A DNA stretch of 64,000 nucleotides from Piromyces finnis finn (lineage: Eukaryota; Fungi; Neocallimastigomycota), in the NCBI GenBank assembly GCA_002104945.1, contig MCFH01000047.1, positions 310,001 to 374,000 on the forward strand, in the 5' to 3' direction. Shown one piece after another: positions 47,966 to 58,985 of the stretch (the stretch's first letter is position 1; every line of letters begins with the position of its first letter). The notes beneath the pieces were generated by a model. That model searched no databases and was not told where the DNA came from. It saw only the letters and a list, made by a program, of their open reading frames with translations. A program made the position numbers and the translations under genes.

Positions 47966-47990
47966 ACGGTAAGCCCGATAGCTTAACCGT
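47966..47990. other. Isolated GC-rich hairpin ACGGT-AAGC-ccgata-GCTT-A-ACCGT
   Basis: A 9-bp stem with one bulge in otherwise very AT-rich DNA. On the minus strand it is followed by TTTTT-CTAAT. Confidence 0.6.
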
Positions 47991-50900
47991 AATTTAAAAA
48001 AATTTTTGCCTACTTTTATAGTATAATTAAATTTTAATATTATTAATATTTATATTTATTTAAATTATCATAATTAATAACAAGTTGAACCGCACACTCT
48101 AATAATTAAAAAAAATCACCATCACTTTTTTTTTTTTTTTTTGTATTTTAATTAAAAATGAAAAACCTTGTTAAAATTTAAATATTGTTTTATACTATTA
48201 GAGTTTTTAGTATATTTATAGAATTCTAAAAAAAATAATTAATATCCTTTAATTGAATGAGGTTTGTTCTTTCCAAATTAAAATGGCTATACGAATAGAT
48301 GAACTCTAATTAATAGTTTCTATAAAAAAAATCATATGCTAAAACAGAGATTTATTATTTTAATGCTTAAATACTACTATAAATCATATATTTTTAATAA
48401 TAAAAGTAATGATTTAAATGACTTTCTTTTAGATGTTTAATTTAATTTTAATATTAATAAATGTGAACTTTTTTTCAACCATTATAAATATATAATTCAT
48501 TAATATTACATTAAATAATAATAATAATACTATTTGTTACTATAATTGTTAGTGGATATGATCATAATATTATTTATTATATTAATTTTCAATACCTAAG
48601 ATCAATAAAAGATTATTTTAATCAATAGTGGATAAGGATCAATAATATAAAGATATTCATTATTTTAATCATTAATGGATAATTAAAAAATAAGATAAAA
48701 ATAGGTAGTATTTTTATTTAATTAATTATTAATATTATTCCTTTTTATTATGGCTTTTTTTATTAGTATATTTAATGTTTTATTATTTTATAATAAATTA
48801 ATTAAATGGTAAAGGTGATTAAATTATTCCCATATAAAGTGTCATCCTACCTGAAATTAATTAACTAAATAATTAATTAACCACCTATTATAAATATTTA
48901 ATTATAATGCATGCTTAACTTAATGTAATATTATTATTTATATTGATAATATTATGATCATTAGAATATTAACGACAGTTTAGTGTAAATAAATATTTAT
49001 AAATATGAAGAGTTAAATTAGCTTTAATTTTTCTTGTTAATCTCTAACCTTTAGAACATGTTTCTCTTTTTAGTTTCGTGTAATCATTAATAATATTAAT
49101 ATTGTTCTTATTTTCTGTATAAAAAGAATAATTATCAATAATTAATCAATAATAATATTTATTATTAATTTATATTTGTTCATAAACTTTGTGTTTCAGT
49201 TTATATTGAATTTCTTCTATAATATATTTATTAAATAATATTTTAATTATAGTCATTTATTATAAATATAACAAGAATATATTATATTAATAGTTTTATC
49301 ATATTAATTATTGCTACTGAAAAAAAAAACATTTTATTTGATTATCCTTTATTATTTAATTTATTTAATAATATAATAATATATTAATTATATATTAAAA
49401 TCATATTAATTCTGTAAAAAGTGTTATGATTTATTTTTAATAAAATTGTTGACAAGTCTATTTAATTTTAATATATAAATCAATATATTATAATATGATA
49501 TCTTTTTATTTTTTTAATTTATTATACTTACATAAAATGTTCATTTTATGTACATTTTTTTAAAGATCAGTTTTAAGAAATCAAAAAAAAAAAAAGATTA
49601 ATAAACAATTATTTTTACATTAAAAAAAACTTAATTAAAATATAAATACAATAAGCTATGAAATAATAACTTGATTTTCCTTCTATTGTTATTATTTAGA
49701 GCATAAAAAATGGGTTTGAGATTATTAGAAAAAAAAGGTTTTCATTCTCGCTTTTATTATTAAAAAAAGTTTTGTTACACAAAATCTGAAATTTTAGAAA
49801 AGAAAAAAAAGAAAAAGTTTCAAAAAAATTTTTTTATTTTTTTATTTACATTATTTATTGTATAAATTTAATATAAATAAAGTTTTTTAATTTAATTAAA
49901 GTTGAATATTTAAAAATTAATATTTTATTATCTTATTATTTTTTAATATCTTAAAAAAAGTTTATTTATTATAATTTTAAAAAAATAAATTAAATTCCAT
50001 ATATAAAAAAAAAGAAATTATGGAATAAAAAATATCAATTTCACAGTATATTTAAAATCTATGGTTTTATATATATATTTAATTTATTACTTTTAATAAT
50101 TTTGATATTAAACAATTAAAATATAATATACTAATAATAAATTGAATTATCATCTCTTGGATAAAACTTTTTTATGCTTAATATTTATATATTAATATAT
50201 ATTAATACATTTCCAAAATGATTTATTTTGAATATAATCTCAATATATTATTATTTTATTTTGGTTTATTTTTTTATATTAATAAAAAATAATTAATTAT
50301 TTTTAATAAATGATGTTATTTTATTAAAAATTATAAATTTTTTACGAAAATTTCTTGATCAAAATTAAACTTTTTTTTTTAAAATTTTTGTATAAAAGAA
50401 CAAGTTTTTCTCTGTTACACCTATTAAGGATTTTATAATTTTTTTTAAATATTTTTTTATTAAAAAAATATCTTTTTTAAATAAAAGAAAAAATAAAAAG
50501 TATCTTTTTTTATTTTTCTTTTAAATTTTATTGTATAAATATTTAACTTTTTTTTTTCTTTTCTTAAATATATTTTTTATCCTATTTGAATCATTCATTT
50601 TCTTAAAAGAAAAAGAAAACAATTCATCAAACTAATTGTTTCAAATATAAGATATAAAATGTAAAAATATCAAAAAATACATATAATTAATTACACTATT
50701 ATTTTATATTAGAATGATATAATAAATAAAATTTAAAAAAACATTAAAAGAAAATTTAAATAAAAATAATCAGAAATAAAATAAAATATACTCGACAAAA
50801 AAAAAATATTAAAATATTATGTAATACAACATACACAAACTATTAAAGTAAAAGTTAAACTAGTAATAAAAATTATTAAATACAAAATAATAATATTAAA

Positions 50901-51621
50901 AAAATAGAATTGATTTCCATTTTTTAAATATTATTAGAAAAAAAATAGTAACACTAAAAGAAAAGAAAAATAATTAATATTTAATTCATATATTATTATA
51001 AGAATTAAATATTGTTTTTATATCAACTGAAAAAAAAAAACTAAAAGAAAAGAAATTTAAGCACTTTATTTTTTTCTTTTAAAAATAATAATACAGAATT
51101 AAACTAGTTATTATATAATATATTCTTATTATTATAAGAACTATATCATTTTTTATATTTAATATTTATTATTTTTATTAAAAAAAAGTTTAATAAAAAT
51201 CATTTATATAAATATAAATTTAAATTGATATCTTAAAAAGAAAGATATTTTGTTTTTTCAAAAAAGAATAACAAGAAAAAAAAATTAAATTTCTTTTCTT
51301 ATTATAAAAGAATTAATACTATTGTATATATAACTCAATAAAAATATTAAAATTATTATTTATATTGTCTTGAATAAAAATAATAATTGGTAAAGTTTAA
51401 GCAAGAGAAAAAAAATATAAAAAATTACTTATTATATATACTATATATACTATATTTTTATAAAAAAAATATCATATATATAATTTTTTCTTGTAATAAA
51501 AATTAAACTTTTTTTTTTTGGAAAAAAGAAATACACAAAAATTCTTAAAAAAACAAAACAAAATAAAATAAAAAAAATACAAATAAAACTAATATAATTA
51601 AAAATATATACAAATAATAAA

Positions 51622-53187
51622 ATGGATCAATTTAGTTCACAATTAGCCAATAATTTAGAAAATGGTTACACTGCTGGTGTTCCAGAACATTTAATTCAAG
51701 TATACAAGGAATTATCTGCATGGTGTGAATTAATTCAATATAAAATTGATGTGGATATTAATACTCGTGATGATATTAGAAAGCAAGTTCTTTCAAATAA
51801 CTTATTAAAGCATATTCAAGGCTTATGGCAAACTAAGGTTAGTGAATTTTACAATATTAGAAGAGATGAAGCTAGAGATAATCTTTCAAAGGCCTGTCAA
51901 AATAGAATTAACAATAGTCAAAAAATAATTGAAAGAGAAAATATTAATGCTGAAGAATACTTTAGTGATAGTGATTCTTTATCATCTGAAGAAGATTATT
52001 ATCATAGTCTTAATAATATGTCAACGGCGGAAGTAAGCATTAAGGATGATGAAGTGGTTGCTATCGTTAAATATAATACTGAATCCAATATAGATATTAC
52101 TGAAGATTATGCAAGCTTTGATGATGAATATGAATTTGATTATGGTAATGATTACTATGAATTTGATGAATACGATGATTATGATCTTCATCATTACAAA
52201 CAGGCAAATGAAACAAAGGTTACAATTAACTGTCCAAGTGTTGAAGAAAATAACGATTTATATGAACACTACAGGGAGTTTATAAATCGACCTGTTACTC
52301 CATCTTTACCAGAATGGTCTGAAAGTTATGAACAAAATAATTCTTGTGCAGCCGACTTTTTGAATAAATGGGATTTAAATGAAGAAAAGGATGATGCTAC
52401 TGATGAACTTTACGGATACACTGAACAGATAAAGAAAAAGGAAATTAAAGAAAATCTTAGTTACACTGAACAAATTATAAAAGAACAAAAAATTATAAAA
52501 GAACAAAAAAGAAAAAGTCAATCTTCACCTGAATCTAGGGATGATGAAAATGAAAGTTTATATTCATTCGACTATCCTGATAGGAGAAATAGTATTACAA
52601 AAGATATTGAAAATACAAAAGAATCAGAAATTACTAATGATGAAAATTCAATTCAAACCTTTATTAAAGATAGAACTGATCCGTTAAATGTTACATGTAA
52701 TGAAAAATGTAGACTATCTATTACTATTGATAATTCTGTTATTCATGGATCATACAAAAAAGATGATCAAGTAGTAAATGAACATCTCTATCCAAGAACA
52801 TTCGAACCTAAAGATATGTATTATGAGGAAAGTGATAACACCTCAACCAATGATAGTTTTATCTCTCCAGATGATTTATTGCTTTCAGCCACAGATGAAG
52901 AATTTATATATTCATCGGATAAAGTTTTATTGACGCCATTATCATCTGAAGTTATTTACATGATGGATAAGATGTATGATACAAAGGATGATTCTAATGA
53001 AAGCCATACTCCTGCTGAAGAAATTAAAACTTATTCTCAACCATTACCTAAAGAAGAAGTTAATTTGCCATTACTGGATAGAGAAGAAGAAAATCGTAAA
53101 AATGAACCTATTGCAACATACTTATACTGTAGAAGAGATAGTGGTTTCAGTGAAGGAACAGATGAACCATTTATCATCAACATTTAA
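51622..53187 (+). CDS. Intronless acidic, probably largely disordered hypothetical protein, 521 aa
   Basis: A 1.56-kb ORF with a helical-looking N-terminal ~110 aa and a D/E/S-rich remainder. No family recognised. Confidence 0.8.
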   Translation: MDQFSSQLANNLENGYTAGVPEHLIQVYKELSAWCELIQYKIDVDINTRDDIRKQVLSNNLLKHIQGLWQTKVSEFYNIRRDEARDNLSKACQNRINNSQKIIERENINAEEYFSDSDSLSSEEDYYHSLNNMSTAEVSIKDDEVVAIVKYNTESNIDITEDYASFDDEYEFDYGNDYYEFDEYDDYDLHHYKQANETKVTINCPSVEENNDLYEHYREFINRPVTPSLPEWSESYEQNNSCAADFLNKWDLNEEKDDATDELYGYTEQIKKKEIKENLSYTEQIIKEQKIIKEQKRKSQSSPESRDDENESLYSFDYPDRRNSITKDIENTKESEITNDENSIQTFIKDRTDPLNVTCNEKCRLSITIDNSVIHGSYKKDDQVVNEHLYPRTFEPKDMYYEESDNTSTNDSFISPDDLLLSATDEEFIYSSDKVLLTPLSSEVIYMMDKMYDTKDDSNESHTPAEEIKTYSQPLPKEEVNLPLLDREEENRKNEPIATYLYCRRDSGFSEGTDEPFIINI

Positions 53188-54557
53188 TTTGAAAATATTA
53201 TCTTTTTTTTTTTTTAATATTATCATTAAAAAGATTTTATTAACAATTTTTTTCTTTTGAATTAAATTATTAATTATAGAGATTTAAGAAAAAATTTGTT
53301 AAATGATTTTAGATATTTATATATATCTAACATAAAAATTTTTTTAATAATAAAAAAAAAAAAGTAATTTTATAAAGAAGAAAAAATATATAGAAAGTTA
53401 AAATTAAAAAAAAAAAAAAAATGTATAAAATTATTTGAATAGTGAAAGTAATAATAATAATAATAATAATAACTATTTAAATAATGAATAAAAAAAATTA
53501 CTATAATATTTATTTATTATAATTTTTTTTTATAAAGTAATTATTGATGTTATTATTTTTTTTATTATTATACATTTGAATTTTTTTTTTATTTTAATTT
53601 TAATTTACCCTTTTATATTTAATGAAAAATAAACTGAAAAAAAAATCTATATATTTTTTTTATTTTCTTTTTAGTATATTATATATATATTATATATATA
53701 TTAAATTAATTGAAATTACTTTTTTTTTTTTTTTTTAGTTGTTACTGTTACATCTTTTACAGCAACAACACTAGTTAAAAAAAAGATTTATGGTATAGAA
53801 ATCATTTAATATTTTCCCAATTTAAAAATTTTAGTACAAGGATACATTTTATTTTTAAACAATAGAATAGTATTTTTCAACAGTTTACACCCAACATCAA
53901 AAGTATAACTTTTTTTTTTTTTTCCACAAAACTAAAAATTTTAAAGTCTTTTCATGACAGTAAAAAAAAAAAAAAAAGACTTGAAGTATTAATATTCATC
54001 AATATATTTATTTTATTCTTTTAGAATAATGAATATCAAAGTATTTATTCCTATTATTGATTATTATGAATAAATTAGATATAGATTATTCTAAACATAA
54101 TTTATTTTCATTCGGGAAAGTTTTTTTTTTTTTTTTTTTTTAAGACAAATAATCAAACAAACAAACAAAAAATCATAACAACAATAAAAAAAAAAAAAAA
54201 AAAAAAAAAAAACGCAAAAACAAAATAACTAATTCAAAAACAATAAAATAAAATATGCGAAAATAAATCAAAAGAAAACAAATAATCTTTAACAAAACAT
54301 CCAACAAAATCTTTAAAAAACACATAACACAACAAAACAAGTCAAAAAAAAAATAAGGGTTAAAAAGATAGAAAAGAGATAATGTACATCTTTTTCCTAC
54401 TTCTTTTTAATTTTTTAAAGAAAAATAAATAAATAAAAATCAATTATAAAAAAAAGCAATAAAAATAATAAATTTAAAAAAAAAAAAAAAAAAAGCAAAA
54501 AAGCAATATCATAATTAAAAATCACAAATAACAAATTACAATACAAAAACCAAAAAC

Positions 54558-54597
<40 letters not shown>

Positions 54598-55225
54598 TTC
54601 CTAATATTATCCTTTATAATTATTTAAAACACTATTTATACTATTTATATTTGAAAAAAAAAAAAAAAGAAAAGAAAAAAATTAACAATATTTAGTTACT
54701 CATTTTAATATCAAAAAAAAAAAAAAAAAAAAAAAAATATTAATTATTCTATTTTCATTATAACTTTATATTTCAATAGAATTTTTGTTTTATTATTAAT
54801 TAATTATTTATTTTTCCTATCAATATTTTTTTTTTTTTTACATATTTATTTTTATCTTTTAAATAGATAGAACAATATTTTATAGAAATAGAAATAGAAA
54901 TTTTTATCTAGCTTATTTTTTTTTAAAAAAAAAAAAAAAAGATTAAAACTTTGAAACCATACATAAAAGAAAAGAAAGAAAAAGAAAATAAATAAAATAG
55001 AATAATTGATATAAAACCTATTTTTCTTTAAAATTAATGGTTTAAAACTTTTTATTTTTTATTTATTATCATTGTTCTAATAAATTTATTATTATTTAAA
55101 TTAGAGTGCAACAACAATATTTTTGTATTTTAAATCTACTCTATACTTTGTTTTTTTAATAGATAATTACATTATAATTTTATTATTATTATTATTATTA
55201 TTATATTTTATTTGTTTCTATTGAA

Positions 55226-55407
55226 ATAGTAATATTTCTTTCCAAGTTTTTTTATTAAAGTAAAACTGGAATAGTATATTTCTTTCCAAGTTTTTTATTA
55301 AAGTAAAACTGGAAAAGTATACTTTTTTTTCCAAGTTTTTTTTTTATTTAATTAGTTTTATTAAAGTAAAAACTGGAATAGTATACTTCTTTCAGAGTTT
55401 TTTTATT
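55226..55407. repeat. ~44-bp tandem repeat (3 copies plus partial), each unit an imperfect inverted repeat
   Basis: Unit ~tttccaagttttttattaaagtaaaactggaa(t/a)agtata, with ttccaag at 55240, 55284 and 55329. ttcca(a)gtttt can pair with aaaactggaa. Confidence 0.8.
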
Positions 55408-55481
55408 TTTATATTTCTAAATGCTTTTATATACTGAGGTATAGATGAGTGTGGTGAGTTATCATCCTACCAATAATTTAG

Positions 55482-56417
55482 TTAAAAACAATTAGCAATA
55501 AATTCTCTAATTTTTTTACAAGCTTCACGAGCTTCTGGCATGATACTCATTAATGGGTAGGTATGGAACATACCTTCTTTATTAAGAAGTTCTACTTCAT
55601 TTTCCTTATTTTCTTTAATTTTGTTAACGATATTTAAAGTATCGTCTAATAAAACTTCATCACTACCAACAATAAACAATGATTTTGGAAAAGTTGTAAA
55701 ATCTCCAAATAATGGTGAAACATAAGGATCTGTTTTTTCAGCATCTCCTGTAAAACAAAATATTTCACTATTAAAAATAATTTTTGTTTTTTCCTCGGTT
55801 AAAGTTTTATTTGGTTCACCAAATTGAACATCTTTTGAATAATTATCATAATAACTTTTACCAGAACATGTCATATCTGTCCATGGGGATAAAAAGAAAC
55901 CGCCTCTAGGGGCTGTACCTCTTTCCTTTTTAATTTTATGGATTAAAGCAATGGAAAGATTTCCTCCAGAAGAATCACCACCAACAACAATATCATTTGG
56001 TGAATATTCTTTTGTTAATTCATCCCATAAATCCATGGCTTCATTAATTTGTGTAGGATATTTATGTTCTGGAGCGACTGAATAATCCAATAATACAACT
56101 TTAATATCATCTCTAATATCACAGAGAGGATAGGAAAAGGAATGGTAAGTATTTGTTAAACCTAAAATATAGGCTCCACCATGCATATAATAAATAACTT
56201 TTTTAGGTGTTTTATTGGAATCTTTTGTAATTTCAATATATTTAGTTTTATTTAGTGTTTCTTTTCTTGTAAGAGTATATCCTTTTTTAAGAACATTTTT
56301 CATACTTTTTTTACTCATTTTACGTATCATATCTATACAATGAGGATGACTAATTGGATTTAAATTTACTTTTTTTTTTATTATAAATTTTAAAAGTTTT
56401 GCTCTGAAAGATACCAT
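55482..56417 (-). CDS. Alpha/beta hydrolase, hormone-sensitive-lipase (Abhydrolase_3) family esterase, intronless, 311 aa
   Basis: Oxyanion motif YMHGGAY, DYSVAPEHKYP, nucleophile GDSSGG, SPWTDM, YVSPLFGD, acid GSDEVLLDD and His in GMFH. Confidence 0.92.
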   Translation of the reverse strand: MVSFRAKLLKFIIKKKVNLNPISHPHCIDMIRKMSKKSMKNVLKKGYTLTRKETLNKTKYIEITKDSNKTPKKVIYYMHGGAYILGLTNTYHSFSYPLCDIRDDIKVVLLDYSVAPEHKYPTQINEAMDLWDELTKEYSPNDIVVGGDSSGGNLSIALIHKIKKERGTAPRGGFFLSPWTDMTCSGKSYYDNYSKDVQFGEPNKTLTEEKTKIIFNSEIFCFTGDAEKTDPYVSPLFGDFTTFPKSLFIVGSDEVLLDDTLNIVNKIKENKENEVELLNKEGMFHTYPLMSIMPEAREACKKIREFIANCF

Positions 56418-58037
56418 TTTAACTATTTTATTATTACTTTTTTTTTATTTATTTATTATATTTTGCTTTGTTATTATATTCTTTATTTTCTTTATCCTAT
56501 TTATTTATATATAATATTATTTAATTAATAATTTTTTTTTTAATTTCAATTTTTAAATTTAAAAAAAAAAAAAAGTAAAAAAAAAAAAAAATCATCATTT
56601 TTTCTTCTTTATGAAATTTCGTGTAACTTTTAATTTTATTTTAATATTTCTACAATAATAATAATTACTAATATTTATGCGGAGGTTTAAATGATATTTT
56701 GTCTCACATAAAAATCATACCATTTTTTTTACCCAACGTATACTATTCTTTGTGGCTTTTTTTTGGTTAAAAAATTATTTTTCGGATTTTTCGGATTTTT
56801 AAATCAATTAAAAATATTTTTTTTTTTTTTTTCCTTTTAGTAATTTCAACTTTATTTATTAATAATAAAGACACCATTTTATTTACTTATAATGTATGTG
56901 GCTTTTATTTATTAAATACATTTAATATTCCTAATATTTGTTTTTATAAAGTATAGTTTGATATAAAATAGGAATATGTATTTATTATAGTTTATATATA
57001 CTATTAATTATTATTATATTATATATATTCTTTTTATAATTTTTCATTAATTAAACACGAATATATTCTATTTTTATTATTTCATTTATCTTTTGAATTT
57101 CAAATTTATTACTAATCCTATAAAATAAAGTGGATTATTTGGATTGAAAACCAAAATGTTAAAGATCATATAAATATTTCTATATTAATAATTTATGATG
57201 TTTAAAGATGTTCTCCTTCGAATAACCACTGTGCAGTTAAAATTAAACAATAATTACTATCGATTGACAATTTAAATAAATTATAATAGAGGTAATGCTG
57301 ATGGATTGATGTATTTTGTTCTTTTAGCTAATTAAATAAATTTTTAATGTAATGTGGCTTACATATTAACTATCAATATATATTACAGTTAGGCAACATT
57401 AAGGAAAAATCGTTAGTTGACTTTTACAAATTCACTGAGGTTTTACTCAGCAAAGCTTTTTTTTTTTTTTATGAGGTTTGTGATCAGACTTTTGTTACAC
57501 GAAAAATGAATATTTATTATTGAAAAAGTTTATGCTCCATTTTTTTTAGTATCAAATAAAAAAAAGGATGGAATTAATGATTTATGGTAATATTGATATA
57601 TTTCTATATTTAACCTATTATCATTATTGTTATTTTTATTGTTTAGAGAAAAAGTCTAAAAGGTATTAATACAGATAATAAAATATATATATATATAAAT
57701 ATTAATTTCATAAATTTATTTTTTAAAAATTAGTATTAACATAAATATATGAATGATCAGGTGTTCAGTCACATATAAAGAGTGTCATTAGTAATAAATT
57801 ATATTTTTCTAAGAATAAATAATAAAAGAAAGAGTCATATGACTTTTATTAATACTATTTTAAATATAAAGAAAAATTAACCAAAATTATAAGAAATAAA
57901 TAAATAGAAAATAGTCTTTGCTTTTTTAAATTAGTAATAATAACAATAAAAAAAAAAAAAAAAAAGCATATATATATATCATATATATCTATAAATTTAT
58001 ATTTATTTTTAAATAATAATATAAAATTAAAAAAAAA

Positions 58038-58985
58038 ATGAATTCAACATTCGGGAGTAACTATTTTGGATTTAAAAAAGTTCAACAAGCCAATTTATTG
58101 CCAAAAATCAGTTTAAATAACACAGCAAAAATACCAACACACAAATATTTATATGATAATATTAGAAAAGGTTACTCATTAACTAGAAAAAAAACAGAAA
58201 ATAATGCTAAATATGTCATTCTTAAAAATGAAACAGAAGAATCAATAAAAAAAGTAATATATTACATTCATGGTGGTAACTATGTCAAAGGTTTAACTAC
58301 AACTTATGAATCTTTAGTATATCCTTTATGTGATATTAGTGACGATATTCAAGTTATTTTATTAGATTATTCATTAGCTCCTAATTATAAATACCCAACT
58401 CAACTTGATGAAGCTTTTGATGTGTGGAATGAACTCACCAAAGAATTTACCCCAGAAGATATTATTATTGGTGGCGATTCCTCAGGTGGTCATTTAGCAT
58501 TATCATTAGTTGAAAAGATACAAAAGGATAAGAATGAATCCCCAAAATCAGCATTTTTCATATCACCATGGATAGATATGACATGTTCAGGTAAAAGTTA
58601 TTTTACTAATTATCAAAAAGATATTGTTCTCGGTGACCCCAACAAACCTTTAACAAAAGAAAACCTAGAAGAATTAAAAAATTCAGAAATGTTTTGTTTT
58701 ATAGGATATGCCAATAGAAATGATCCATATGTTTCTCCGTTGTTTGGAGACTATACTAAATTTCCAAATTCTCTTTTTATCGTTGGGGATAACGAAATCT
58801 TACTCGATGACACCTTAAACATGGTAAAAAAATTAAAAGAAAATGGACATAAAGTTAAATTATATAAAAAAGAAGGAATGTCACACAATTTCCCACTCTA
58901 TTTGAATTTCATGCAAGATGGTTTTGAAGCATTTATTACCATTAAAGATTTTATTGTTGATTCTTTTGAATTTGAATCAATGTAA
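58038..58985 (+). CDS. Alpha/beta hydrolase, HSL-family esterase, intronless paralog of 55482-56417, 315 aa
   Basis: YIHGGNY, DYSLAPNYKYP, GDSSGG, SPWIDM, YVSPLFGD, GDNEILLDD and GMSH. Confidence 0.92.
   Translation: MNSTFGSNYFGFKKVQQANLLPKISLNNTAKIPTHKYLYDNIRKGYSLTRKKTENNAKYVILKNETEESIKKVIYYIHGGNYVKGLTTTYESLVYPLCDISDDIQVILLDYSLAPNYKYPTQLDEAFDVWNELTKEFTPEDIIIGGDSSGGHLALSLVEKIQKDKNESPKSAFFISPWIDMTCSGKSYFTNYQKDIVLGDPNKPLTKENLEELKNSEMFCFIGYANRNDPYVSPLFGDYTKFPNSLFIVGDNEILLDDTLNMVKKLKENGHKVKLYKKEGMSHNFPLYLNFMQDGFEAFITIKDFIVDSFEFESM

Noticed and set aside
57264-57287. Bacterial sigma70-like TTGACA...TATAAT between the esterases (a possible HGT relic)
   Set aside because: The spacer is 12 bp rather than ~17, and TATAAT is ubiquitous here.
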